Below the pieces are notes generated by a model. It was not told the origin of the DNA. It saw only the letters and a program-made list of their open reading frames with translations, and made no database searches. Positions 16,520 to 30,697 of a DNA stretch of 64,000 nt are shown here, one piece after another. The position numbers and the translations under genes were made by a program. Positions within the stretch are counted from its first letter, which is position 1, and each line of letters starts with the position of its first letter. This stretch comes from Geosiphon pyriformis uo1 (taxonomy: Eukaryota; Fungi; Glomeromycota): NCBI GenBank assembly GCA_016748015.1, contig JAAOMT010000276.1:248001-312000 (forward strand), given 5' to 3'.

Positions 16520-17036
16520 GTCAAAAAAATTGGAAATAATGAAAATAAATTTAATAAAATTATAAAATTATCAAGAAATTTTGGTGGAAATTTTTTTTAA
16601 TTACAGGTAATTAGAAATCTAACAATAGTACTTTAAAAGTATTTTTTGAACAAGACAATTTATGACAATTGAATTTATCTTTCTCAATTGTGAGTTAACA
16701 AAACTAATCCATACTAACATTAACTTTGGAGTCTAATTAATGACTTTCCTTGATAGAGTTACACTTGCTTGATTTGTCGACACTTGAATAAAGACTTTTC
16801 ATTAGATGATGAAACAGAATATTTTGCGCCACATTCCAAGTTATTTGAATTGTATCCCCCCGATTTATCATAACACAATAATAGTAATTACATGCAGTGC
16901 TAACTAAGACCATTAATTTCTGCATGAGCCTTTAATAGAGGATCAAACAATCCATCCGACGATAATGGCCTCTAATGAGCAAGTCTAATTCTAAAATCTC
17001 ATCAAAATATTTTATTTCATCTTATTTTTGATATCA

Positions 17037-18093
17037 ATGGCGAGACCGGAGGAAGAAAAGATCGATTTCGAACATGTGAAATCAGAGATTGTCGTATTAA
17101 ACGTTGGTGGTATTAAGGTAAATTTCTTAAATGGGAGAATGAATAGAGGTGCCCTTATAAATGATCTATATCTTTTATAAAATTTTCCATATTGTTTAAT
17201 CTCGTATATGTACAGATGGATTTTTATTTGTTTTTTTTTATTTCGAATCAATCAATCAATAAATGTTTTTCTAATTTCTTTAAATTACTTTTTTTCTCAA
17301 AAAGTATGAAACCTACAGGTCGACATTAACTCATTACCCGGACACTTTACTTGGAACCATGTTCTCTGATCGTAATCGCCATCTTAACCGTCCGACCAAT
17401 GCTACCTCCAATGAATATTTTATAGATCGTGATGGTCATTTATTTCGTTATATACTTCAATTCTATCGCACCGGAACAATTTATCCTCTCGATCCAGCCA
17501 ACTCTGAACCTTCTATGACGACGCTTACAACCATAAACTCATTATCTGGTGTTCATTCTCAAGCCTTACTTAAAGAAATCTATGCGGAAATTGATTTTTT
17601 TCAAATCCCATTTCCGCCTATTGAATCCAACACAGTTCTTGTTCTACCCGAAACCGAACGTCTCAAAAAAATACATTCCCTAACCGCTCAAAAAGTCGAC
17701 TTATTCGTGTACGCGTTACGCGATGTACTCTATGAAGCCATCTCGCATTTCGAATTCTCGATTTCATTCAGTTTTAATCGAGGTGAACTTGATGAGAATA
17801 CTTATTGGAATCAATACCTTGCACGAAAACCTTTTATCCAAATTATAAGACCATTCGCTTGGTGTGGATACGTGATTCTTGATCAATTTGGCCAGGAGAT
17901 TGGAAAATGGTTAGAAAGGGAAGTGCCGGGATTAAAGTTTCATATAGAGAAGCATCAACCTAGTGCCAGCCATGTGATGTTAAGTGATACCAGGCAATCT
18001 TATCGAGTGATATTGAGCGTTCCGGATGACTGGTATCGAGATGAATTGTTGGCGATGTCGTGTTTGTTACAATATGATAAAACTGAAAAATAA
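17037..18093 (+). CDS. BTB/POZ (KCTD-type) protein, 2 exons
   Basis: IVVLNVGGIK / YETYRSTLTHYPDTLLGTMF...EYFIDRDGHLFRYILQFYRTG...EIDFFQIP. Confidence 0.88.
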
Positions 18094-18431
18094 TAAATTT
18101 ATTAAATAAACGTCAAGATTTTTATTTATTTATAATAAATTAAATTTAATATTTATTGTGTAAAAAAAGTTTTTTGGTATTAAATTTAAAATTATTTAAT
18201 AGTATTAATGTTAAAAAATTAGTTGAATTGTATTATTTATATTAATTTTTACATATTTTATATATAAAAATAGTGTTATGTTCAATAAGAGTTTAATTAT
18301 TATTATTTAATATCGTATTATAACAAGACCTCATTATTGTGAGCCAAGTTATTATTGTAATCACAGATAGAATGAAAATAAACGCCCTTGCTTCATTTCA
18401 TGTTAGAAAGTATAACGGAATAAATCATGCC

Positions 18432-20892
18432 CTAAAATAATCTGGGTTTCTTTTGTGGAGTATCCATGTTCGAGGGAAAATACATCCTTGCCGGTGGAGA
18501 AGATTCGCAGGAACCTTGCAGAAGTCGCAGCTGTTCCTCCTCATCTTTACTGTCTACTTCATCTTGCTCAACCAGACGGATCACATTGGTAACAATCATC
18601 TGCGAAAATAACATTTTAGGCACAAGTATGGTGACTGCGAATTATAAATGATCAATACGAATATTTACTTTTGCCTTCCATGCCATTAAAATAACGGGAA
18701 GCATCTTCGAGCCAAACTCCGCGACATCCGAAGGGATGCTCAGAGATTTCGTCCGCGAGATACGGCTTACAAATCCAGCTGGGGAATCAAGCCGTAACAA
18801 CACTGTTGTGAGCCCTAGAAAAAACGCAGTTAAGAAACAAATAATCAACCGAAATCAACCAAGAGCTTTCAGTATTGTAATTAATATACCTGAATGTATA
18901 AATCCAATTGTTTCGAGTTTTCTAATCTTTTCCTCTTTCATCTTCACAAGTGCACAAAGATGACTGAAAATATCTTTCATCATTTTCGGTGTTTTTTTAC
19001 CCCTTTCCTTCAAATATTTTGTTCCATGTTCTTCAAAAGTTTACCGGCTTCTGCACATCCATACTCAGTAAAAAATTTGCGGATAACAAGGTCTCCACGT
19101 CTTCCCATAATCTTCCTTTTGAGCGAGGTAATGGCGGAAATAGCTCGTTTACGATTCTTTCTTGTTGAAGAAGCCAAACTGCACGACTCCCCCCTGATGC
19201 AAAAATTTAATTATGATTTTTAAAAAAAGCACATAACAATATAAAAGGAAAATTTTCACGCCTCACAGCTTCCACTCCATCGATACCTTCAAATCCTCGG
19301 TCTATGAAACTCCACACATGCACCAAGAACCATAATTCGAAATGATCTTTTTGTAGATTATTTGCTACATATTCACGTACCCTATAAATTAAACATTTAA
19401 GGGTCAAAGTTCACATGTTCATTGTGATTTCACAGAACTTAATACCTACAAGCTGTACACAGTGTGCCGAATCCAGTCATGATCGAAATGTGTGTGTCGA
19501 TTGTAAGGTGAATCCCACTCCCTTGGTTGCCGCACAGATTTTCTGAGATCTGAGATAGCAGACTATTATAAAACAAACATAAGTTAACTTATTGAATCGT
19601 CCAATAATCATTCAAAAATCAAAATAAGAACCGGTCGAAAACTATTGAGGTATGTCAATAATTCTCTAGGCATTTCTGGCATTGAGTTTATTTTATATCC
19701 ACGAATTTCGCTGACCTCCGCTTCCGTGAAAATCTTTTCTTTTACGAGGTTTTTATCATCAGGATCAACAATGAACGAGTGGCAAAGACTTTAAAACGAC
19801 AAAATATTAAGTATCAAAGTAAACCAAGGTCTCATGCAAAGTGTAATAGATACTTACTGTTCATGTGTACATTTGATACCAAAATGGAAAAGTCCATCTT
19901 CTACAATAGTTCCAGTACTAAGCGTCTACTTTTTTGACACTGTCATTTTCAAGAATGTATCCGTGAATTCGTCAAGATCCCATTGGGTTATCTCTTTTGC
20001 ATCATCATTGATCGTGTCTTCCTCGATAGTTTCCTCTTCCTGCTCTATTGTTTCTTCTTGCTCATTGAGCTCCAGGTTGAGCTCAGAAACCTCGTCCTTG
20101 GTAACGCGAACAGTAGACGACATTAGATATCGATTCATCTGTCCAGATGTCTCAGTGGCCACGGTCAAGTGGTCATTTTCCTATTCGTGACAAAATTCAG
20201 TAGTGGGCTTGGTCCATTGAACTACTGAAGAATATTTACCTCGATATCCAGGGTTTCCTTTTTGATAATCGAAACATGTAAAGTTTTTTAATAATTATAA
20301 ATGCAACCGTTCCTTGCCACATCAATCTACAAAACATAAAGGTTACATATATTTAGGAAATCCACTAACCAACACTCCCAAGTCATCAAAGACCAGATAG
20401 CGACAGTCACTTAGGCAAATGGATAGCACTGCTAGGGACTGTCATCATACTGCCTTAGCTCCCCTCCAACACTTTATGCATGGAAGAGACTACAGCAGAC
20501 AATCAGTCATGACGGTGCACGGGCATCAGTATATCGAAACAGCAGAACGCCGGGTAGAACCGTAGTCCCCCAGAGTCCCTGCACGACTGCCACTGTTTAC
20601 CTTAGGAAACCCAATAAACAACACTCCCTAGTCATCAAAGACCAGATAGCGATAGTCACTTAGGAAACCTAAATATAATTACCTCAAATTTCTTTAAGTT
20701 CTTCGTTGCGGTCTTCTTCTCCTTCTTAGAACCGTTCGATTTGATCCACTCCAGCTGCATTCGGAAGACTTGGGTTATCATTCCTTTATTTATTGGAAGG
20801 CCGGCTTCTTTCCATGCCTTATGATATTGTAAGGAATCCCAGTGATTGGGAGGCGTGCTTGTCCAGTACGTAGATCCTAGCTTGTTTTCCAT
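18432..20892 (-). pseudogene. Multi-exon Mucoromycota-type gene with a C-terminal PD-(D/E)xK-like region, frameshifted
   Basis: Exons MENKLGSTYWTSTPP..., HFELWFLVHVWSFIDRGFEGIDGVEAVR and ESCSLASSTRKNRKR...MGRRGDLVIRK..EYGCAEAGK, followed by frameshifts and stops. Confidence 0.65.
20353..20664. repeat. Two 63-bp direct repeats (58/63 identical) flanking a 186-bp GC-rich core, inside intron 1
   Basis: ttaggaaa.cca.taa.caacactccc.agtcatcaaagaccagatagcga.agtcacttagg at 20353-20415 and 20602-20664. Confidence 0.85.
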
Positions 20893-21162
20893 TTACTATT
20901 CAAGATTCAAGTCTTACCGAGAGGAGTTATGCGGTATCAAGATTGCGGCGAAGAAGACATATTGGCGTGTTGGTCGTGGGGGTTGTGAGAAGATGGGTGT
21001 GCCGGTGAGCATGGTGACTATAAAAATCACAGCATTTAATTAATCAAATATAGGTCGACCGATGATGATCATTCCAGCGTTACGCGTTCCAAGTCAGAAT
21101 TACTCATTTCTATATAACCACAAATTATGTTAGAAAACCAATTTGTTATTTTTACCTTTCAC

Positions 21163-23016
21163 TTTTTTTTTTTTAAAAGCTTTTTTTACGAGTGCAGCCC
21201 AACCACTACCTAAGTACATAGATCAAAATTAACCTAAATTAAGCATGGCTTATGCCTTGTCTACACGTGACCAGCCATTCGGGCCAATCAAGACAGCACT
21301 ACACATCTAAACACCCCATTATAGGGATGCCACAGAGAAAACCAAAATCCAAACTGGTTAAACATGAATGCAATCCAAAACACACATAAATACCTAGCTT
21401 GAAACCAAAATCCCAGATCATTCTAGCTGTCCACAAAAAAGCTAAACCAAACACTGAAGAAATAGGCAATCCATTACTTGGCAAGAAATTATGTTTCTTA
21501 TAATAGAGTTTCAACTTAGCTGTAGACAGCCAGATGGCAGATCTGTGATTCTCAGCAAAATGATGAATGAAATTGATAACCAATGTATTCCTATCAGAGC
21601 CAGCACCCAACCGGCTTACCATGTCAACTATTTAACTCTTCAGCATGAAACCTTTAGTCAGCAATGTGTATAAGTCCACAGAAGAAGCAGCCTTTTTTAG
21701 CAAACCAGCAATTGCATTCCCATCAGCAGAAGCATTTAGCAACACATTCCACTCCAAATTAGCATCAGATAACAAGATATTTCTAACATCTACATCATGA
21801 TCACAAGAGAAAACATGATCAGAGTCCTCCACCAAATCACACTGAATGTAGACAATACTTGGATAACTCGGATTATACATCTTTTTCTTCTTGGCCACAG
21901 GCAAGCAATAGTAAAGTGCCTTCATAAAGTATGACTGAAGTGTTACCAATGCAGTGCACATGTAATCAGATTTGATCCCATCATCAGGATGTCAAACACA
22001 AAATGTCCTGGCCTTATCAAAATGATCATTAAGACCCACACCAATAACACTATCAACACATCTGGCTTCCCAACCAACAGTGTAAACAGCATTGAATAAT
22101 TTTTTGGCAAAATAACAAGTGTTCCCAAAGACAGATCTGCCTTCAACAATGAGAAATCGATAAGGTATTGCAATAGGTAGGAAGGACTTAAAGATGACAG
22201 CTATATTAGCATAGAAATCAGCACACTCATTTTCAATCACACCAGAATGGCCTTTAACTTTATTCCACATAACTGACAAATTTTTTCTTGCAATGACATG
22301 GTGAATATGTTCTTTTTCAATCCAGCATTTGTTATGGAAGTCGGGACCAGATATACTACTGGTAGATATACATATGTTCAGCAAAGCTTGGCTGTCTGTG
22401 TATAAATCAACCAAATGAGAAATGGGCACACACTCCAAAGCAAGTGCAATGGCCTGCATCTCTGTCAAAGTTAATGACAGCAACCCATCCATCTTAATCT
22501 CAACACCAGTGTCCACATTTGGAAAATAGGTGGCAGCACTACCACAAGCACATAATAAACCCAAATTCTTTATAGAATCATCAGTGTAGACAGGTATAGA
22601 ATCCAACCTGGAATTCAGTAGATGCTCACCAATATAACTAAAGTCACAAGGAAAGCCAGTGGAATCAGAATAAGGAGACAACAACTCACTATTTGACAAG
22701 CCACCACCAATGATAAATTTGACCAAAGAAGCAAACCAGGCAGGAACCAGGCCTCTAGGATCCAGCTTCTTCTACCTGCGAAAAGTGTTCCACGTAAAAC
22801 ACTTGCCATAGCAATCCAGAAGCTGGTTCACAAACACCATACTATATCTTTTAAGAGACTTTACTATGTCTAACTTTTATTTATCCAACAATAAAAACTT
22901 ATTTATGAAAACCAAAATCTTTTTAATAAAATTATTATTGATCTTTAATTTTGACCAGTTTAATAATTAATTTTAAAAATTTAGGTTTTAATAATTTAGG
23001 ATAATCATTAATTAAG

Positions 23017-23052
<36 letters not shown>

Positions 23053-26000
23053 GAATTAGAATTCAAGAATATTACTTATTGTAATAAAAAGTTATTGTAT
23101 ATATAAGAATTTGTAATATAAAATATATTTTAACAAAATCAATATTTTATAATAATTAATAAAACTAAAATACTAATTATATAATTAATGTAAAAAAATA
23201 ATTTTTTTATTTATTTATTTAAAATTTTAAATGTTTTTATTTTAAATTAATCATTTATAACTATTAATATTTTAATAATAAAAAGTAATTTTATAATAAT
23301 TAAATTCAAAAAAAATTGTAAAATATTTTTTAAAATTTATTAATACATAAAATTAATATTTTGTTATAATATATTTTAAAAATATAACATAAAATTAATA
23401 TATAATTTTTTTAAGTATAATTTTATTTAAAAAATTTTAATAATAATAAAATTTTTGAATATTTTTTTATTATTAAACAATAAATTAAATATTTTTGATA
23501 TTTTTAATAATATAAATATTAATTGTGAACATATTAAATAATTAATATTAATAATAAAAACAAAGTTTTTTTAAATTTAAAACAAATATTTATAAAATAA
23601 AAAAATAATATTAATAAATTAAAAGTACTGTTTTTAAATACAATTAATTATAATATTATTACAAAAAAAATAAATATTAACTAAGTTTTAAACAAATATT
23701 TTGGTTTTAAAATATAGTTTTTCTATTTATATAATAATAATTAATTTAAATAACCAAGCTATTTTAAATATCTGTATAAAAAAAATAAATTTGATAATAT
23801 TTAACTTTTATAATTATTGTTAAATTAAGTATTATAGTATTAAAAACATTATTTACAAAAAAATTTTAAAAATTATCTGATCAAAAGTCAAAAATTATTC
23901 AAGTTTATATAAAAATAATTATAATAACAATTTAATAAATATAGTAATCTTGTATTATCTTATATTATTAATTATAATTAATAAATATTTTGTTATAACA
24001 AATCATAAAATAATATTTAATACACAATATATAAAGTGTTTAAAATTATTAACCAAGTTTATTAGAAGGCTAATTTTAATACTTAAATTATAAATTAATA
24101 TTTATTTAAAAAAATAATTTAAATTTAATCTTTATTAATTTGGTATTCTAATTTATATATAACTATTGACTTTATAAACATATTTTTAATTAATTTATGT
24201 ATTTATATTATAAAAACTATACACAAAAAACTTTTGGTAATTATTTAAAAAAACTATATTTTATGTTTTATTTTAGTATTTTATTTATATATTATAATAA
24301 AATTAAGTTTTTAGATTATATTTTTTCATGTATTATAAGCTTAAGTATTTGTAAAAATTTGTTTAAATTACAAATTATTATATAGATATCTTTTTTAAAT
24401 AATATTAATATATTATATATTATTTTATATAAAAACTTAATTTTTAAAAAATAGTTGTTAAAAATTAAATTTTTTTTTAATAATAATAAAATAACTGTTT
24501 TTAAAATAATTGAATTTATAAAAAGTATTGTTATTTGTTATTAATATTTAGTTAATAATAAATAATTACAAATAAATATTAAAAAAACATAATATATTAA
24601 TAAATAATAGATTTGTTTTTCTGTAATAATAATATTTATTTTGTTAAATAAAATTGTTTATTTACTTAACATTAGTAAAGCTTTGAAAGTTTTTTTTAAT
24701 ATATATATTTTATGTTTATTTTATGTTAATATAACTAGTATTATAAATAGATTTTTTAGATAGATTAGTTGTTGTTATTGTTTTTTTTTATTAAAGTTTA
24801 ATGAGCAAAGCCCAACTATTATCTAATACAATATGACCATATAGAGTCTTAAATTAGATGTGGTTCATGTGTTTTTTACATGTAACTAGCTACTCAAGCC
24901 AGTTCAGACTATACTACATTAATGCACTAAAAGAAAACTTACTCAAAGATGACATCTTTTGAATAACAAGAAACAAAGTTGCACTGCAAAAAACCAATCC
25001 AACCAGCCATTTGGCTGTTTTCAAGACATCAACTTTAACATTAATAGTCTTATGTTCCCAAAAAAACATTAAGTTAGAAAACATTTCATTATCCAAACCA
25101 ATTGGGTGCTCTGAATTACCAGACATATCAATATCCTCCATGCAACACTCTTTTTTTAAAGAAACCACTTCTCTTTGCAACTTACCAACAACTTTATTAA
25201 AAGAACCCAAATGTATCATAACTTTATTAATCTTAAGGCCAAGTTTACTGCTTGAAATCAAATTCCCATTAATAAATTGTTCGAACAATTTGACCAAGAA
25301 ACCAACTAGTTTAACAATAGACTCAACCAAAACAGAAAACTTAATCAAATCAGACTTTACAGAAACCAATCAAGAAGACACTATGGGATTACTAACAATC
25401 ATAAAAAGAAAAGTAGGAGCCACCAAGGGAGGAAACTCAGAAGAATCCAAGGAAATAAAAGCTTTTGTGTAAGAAACACCATTCACAAAATATTATTTAA
25501 ATACCTTGGAAGTCTTGGAAAGGGGAGGTGAAAAAACTTTGCAGTCTACAGCCAAATGGTCTATTTTTTGATATCTAAAACAGCACCGACAACCAAAAGT
25601 TTCCCACCAAATACAGCATTTTCTTAAGGTACCAGTTTTGACAACTATAGAGTTTAAATCAACTTGAGAACCAAATGTTACTAGAACAAACCAGGAATGA
25701 TGACCAGAATTAGGCAAATAAGGAATGAAACAAGTCCGGTCATCAACCTGAAAGATTATACCATTAATTTCAAAGACAATACAGCCAGAAGGGAGATTAA
25801 CCAACTTGGCCTTAAACTAATCACAAAACAAAATTGTCTTATTTTGATTGATAAGAGAAAAAATACAAATACTATCTTTGTCCACCAAAATTGACCAGTG
25901 AGTAAAAGCAGAGACAGCAGCATCCAATTCTTTAAAATAAACAACCACATATTGCCAAATACTAGCAGACTTTAATATAACACAAAAAACTTCACCAAAA

Positions 26001-28400
26001 ACCCTAAGAGCCAACTTAATATTGGCAGCAGATACATCCAAAGACATATTACACAGTGCAACAACAACAAGAGAAAAACCAAACTCAGAAACCACCAAAA
26101 ACTTGGCAATTTTAAGAGTGGTAAGGCAAACAGAGCTTGTAAGCTCAACCAAAAATGCAGCATCTAGAGAACTTTGGGAGGCAAACTCAACACAGAAAAG
26201 TTTCATATTGTCCTTAGAAACAGATTTTGCACCCAAAAAACCATCTATAGACTGAAAAGCAGCCTTAACATAAGCCAATTTGATCTTGAAAGTAGCACCA
26301 AGCACCAGAGTAGAGACTATTTATCCAGCAAATTTTTGACGACTAGTAATAGTTTCTTAAGCATCACCAATAACAGCACCAGAAACTAGAGGAAAAAATA
26401 ATTCAGTTTCTATCTGGTCAGTCCAGTTTTCAAAAACAGGTAATCCAACAGAAAGAGATTGCTTTGCTTCTAAAACTGGCAATAATTTACCAAAAGACAC
26501 CACATTTGGCAATACAGCCAGTAGTTAATTTTGGTCTATCTTGAACAACATGCTAGATGATACTATGGAGATCTTATTTAAGATCTTGTTGGAAACCACA
26601 AAGAGTTTCAGTGTAACAATAGCAAAGACAAGTAACTGCTTCCATTTTTCTGAACTTTTGGTCTTTTTGACCATATTTTTTGAAGAAATGGTATTAGTAA
26701 CACCAGATGTTGAAGCAAGAGAAAGGAAGACCAGCTTGTTTACAGATCTATTATTAAAAACTTTTGGGCTCTTAGTTAAGATGGAGACAACACTAAGATT
26801 AACACAAGTATATCTTTTTGAAGGAACTTTGACTGAAAAAAAACCAGCCAAAGATAAAAAAGTTGTTTCAATAGTCACCAAAGACAGCTTTTTACAATTA
26901 TTGGGTAAAGGGAAGACTTCTAAAATGTTCTGCTTAGTTGCTTTTACCACAAAGAAAGCTTCTCTGATTGAAATTTTATTAGATATCTTAGGAAAGATAT
27001 TAGGTACAGCTTTCTTACTTTTTGCTTTGGTCATGGTCATAAAAATAAGGAAACAAAGAGCTTTTAATATTTTGTTTTATAACTTAGTATTCTAATAAAG
27101 TTTTATTGTAATTTAAAAGTTTTTTAAAGATTTTAGTAATAAAATTTTTTATAAAATAAACAAAAATTTAATATAATTATAGGTAATTTTTAGTGTATTT
27201 TTTTTGGCTTAATAATTAATTTATTTTAATATTTATATTTTTTTAATAAGTAATCTTAGTTTTTATAATTATAATTATATTTTTTTTTGGAATTTTTTAC
27301 TAAACAATTTTAATCTTGTAATTTTAATGCTTTTTTTTAATTAATTAATAAAACAAAAGAAACAACAAAAAAACAAATAAATAAAATAGAAGTTAATATC
27401 TTATTAATTATAATTAAAAACTATTATTGTAATATTAATAAATTAATATATTTAATATTAATAACATCAATATAAATATAATTAGATTAATATAGTTATT
27501 AAATTGATTATAGATTTATTAAATAATAATAAAAACTAGATTGATTTTAAAATAAGCTTGTCTGATTTTAAATTGTCTGTTTTTTTGGTTTTTAATACTT
27601 TTAATATATATATAAATTTTTATAATATGAAATTTCTGAAATTTTTATAATTTCTTTGTATTATTACTAAAATTTTTGAAATTTCTACTGGTATTTTTAG
27701 AATTTTTAATATTATATATTCTAATAATTTTTTATTTTGTTATTAATTATTTTATATTATTATTATTTTTTGTTTTTTACATAAATAATAATATATTTTT
27801 TTTAATATTAAGTTTTAATAAATTTTTAAGTTTTTTTTTTGAATAAATTTGAGTATTTTTATTATTATTATTATACTTTTAGAAACTTTTATTTTTAGTT
27901 TTTTGAATTATAAGTTGGTTATTTTTTTTATTTGATTACTGTTAAGCTTTTTATGACTAAAAATAATAGTATTTTTTGTATTTATAAAAGATTATATATA
28001 ATTAATAAATTGTTTTAAGTAAGTTAATAAGTTGTTTTTTCCAATAAAATAATTTATTTGTTGTACTGTTTTTTTGTTAAATATTTTTTTAAAACTATTT
28101 ATGTATAAAATTTGAATATTTAGTTATTTTCTTAAATAATAATAACAATATATAATTAAAAACTGTTTTTTCCAATTTTTTTAGTTTTTTTTTGTTAATT
28201 TTCTTGATTAAACAAATATTATTGGGTTTTTAAACGTTTTTTTTTACTTTTTTAACAATATTTTTCACATAATTATTTATTTATTATTGTAATTTGTTGT
28301 ATAAAATTTTTTTATTTGTTTTTTTTTCAAAAATCTAAATCTAATAATAGAATTAATAATAAAAATATTTAAAAAAATAGCAAAAAAAATAGCAAAAAAA
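21163..28400 (-). mobile_element. Degenerate non-LTR retrotransposon (LINE with RNase H); 5' boundary approximate
   Basis: Poly-A at 21163-21187 (T-runs on +). C-terminal CDLVEDSDHVFSC. RNase H remnant at 21992-22726 (VYTDDS, EMQAIALAL, LYTDSQ, KVKGHSGVIENECAD). ORF1 remnants at 24914-27040 with an eroded knuckle CFRYQKIDHLAVDC. Confidence 0.85.
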
Positions 28401-28499
28401 GTAAAAACCATAGCATAAATTTTATTATTAACAAAAAATAATACAAAAAGCCTATAGATAATAATAAACTTAGAAAACAGCTTAAAAAAAAAATAAAAA

Positions 28500-30050
28500 C
28501 ACTTTGTAATTAGTAAATAAACAATCCAAATTTTAATATTTATAATAATAGTAGTATCTAAAAGTTTTTTATTAAATACAACATTTGTGTAAAGTATTAG
28601 TCTTAGTTACAATAAGCTTTAGTATTTTATAAGACTTAAAAATAATGACAATAAAACATTAATAATAATAAAAATTAGAAAAATAAGAAATATAATAAGT
28701 ATAATTATCAATATAAAAAATTATATTATTAATTTTAAAAACAGTACAACCAAAAAAAAAATTGTCTAATTTGGTTTTAAATAAATCTTTAAAAGTAATA
28801 ATCTCTTTTTAATAATAAAAAAATTTGAACACTATTTTTTTTATTAATACAAATTAGTTATTAAAAACAATAGTAGCAAAAAAAAAGTTCATAAAATTAA
28901 CAATAGTATATTGTTATAAATCAACAGACTTTAATTTAATAAAGATAATAATACCAAAAATATCAAATATATATTAAAAAAGACAATACAAAATACAAAA
29001 AATATGAAAAAAAAGAAACCAAAAGTCACTACAGAAGATTTTGCAATTTTAAATATAATTAAAAAAAAAATCATTAATAACAACATTGATAATAACAATT
29101 AAAAAAGTCTTAAAAGCAAAATTTATATAGAAAAACTTAATATTGTTTTTAAAAATTAATTTAAATTCAATAAAGCCAAACAACAGATAAAACAAAAAAT
29201 TAACTAAAACTAATTTAATTTTAAAAATAAAATTAGACATCAAAGTAAAGACTACTTATTTAAAGAAATTTTAATGATTAAAAATTGTTTTTTAAGTACT
29301 ATTAAAGATTATATCAAAAAACAAAGAAACAAAGATTAATTTAATTTCTATTTGATTAGTTTAATTCTTAAAATTAGATAACTTAATAAATTGTTTTACT
29401 TTTAGAATCAGTAATAATTTGCTAAAAAACATCATATTTAATAATACAACCAGTAATTAATTTTGGCTTATCTTGAAAAATATGTCATTATTATTGTTAT
29501 TTATATTAGAAAAAAGATTAATTGTTATTGGAAAGATTTTATTCAAAATTTCATTTAAAGCCACAAAAGAATTTGGTATAATAATAATAAATATAAGCAA
29601 CTGTTGCTGTTTTTTTGATTCTTTGGTCTTTTTGGCCATTTGCAAAGAAATAATAATAATATTAATAGTAAAAACAAAGAAAACTAGCTTGTTAACTAGT
29701 CTATTTTTGAAAACTTTAAGGCTCTTAGAAAGAATAAAAACAACACTAAGACTAATTTAAATGTGTTTTTTAAAAAAAAATTTTAACTAAAAAAGAACCA
29801 CCAGCCAAAGATAAAAAAAATGCTTTAGAAGCTGTCAAAAGCAGCTTTTCATTATTAATATTTAAGAAAAACATAGCCAGAACATTCTGTTTAATTGGTT
29901 TAATAATAGAAAAATGCTCTTTTGTTGAAACTTTATTAGTTTTTATAGGAAAAATAACTTTTGAAACTATTTTATTTTTTGCTCTGATCGTAATCATAAA
30001 AATAGGAAAGAGAAAAAGTATTTTATTTTTTGCTTTTTATAGATTATTTT
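28500..30050 (-). mobile_element. Second, more eroded fragment of the same LINE ORF1 region
   Basis: ORFs at 29770-29997, 29457-29645 and 29049-29243 are collinear paralogs of 26525-27040 and 25817-26305 (e.g. MITIRAKNKIVSKVIFP vs MTMTKAKSKKAVPNIFP; FKIKLVLV vs FKIKLAYV). Confidence 0.75.
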
Positions 30051-30697
30051 TTTGTAATTTATTATTATATACAAAATTCAGATGTTTACTTTGGTTTTGT
30101 TGCAGCATGTTTTATTTTATTTTTATTATTTATTTGAAAAAAATGCAATTTAAAAGTATTTTTTAAATTAATAATAATGATAATTAATTAATATTAAATC
30201 AATTATTTTTATAATCACTTTTAATCATTAAATAAATTATTTTTAATTTTTAATTATTATAATTTATTTGTAGTTTTCAACGTTATTTTGCATTAATGTT
30301 TTTTTTTGAATTGATTTTAAATTACTAATAAAAGAATGTATTATATCATAGATAAAATTTTATTTATAGAAGATTATTTACATTAGATGAAAAATTATAT
30401 TTTAAAAGTACAAGTATATCAGTTAAAAATATTATAAAGTGTATAAATTTGATAAATGGGTGTTTTTTAATAGTGGTCCGAATTATGACGTATAAAATTT
30501 TTGATTCGATGAAAAATATTTAAAACTTCCGTTCCCCAACCATTGGGGGCTCCATAAACTTAACGTATCTAAAGAATTTCTGTTTACCGTGGAAGGTATC
30601 GAAACTGGATTTTTAATATTATTCTGATGATGTATTAGGCAAGAATTATTTGATGACCTTGAATGAACTTACAATTATTCCTATGACATCCTGAAAG

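Noticed and set aside
25011-27095. Plus-strand ORFs of 153 and 184 aa
   Set aside because: Antisense shadows of the LINE ORF1 remnants.
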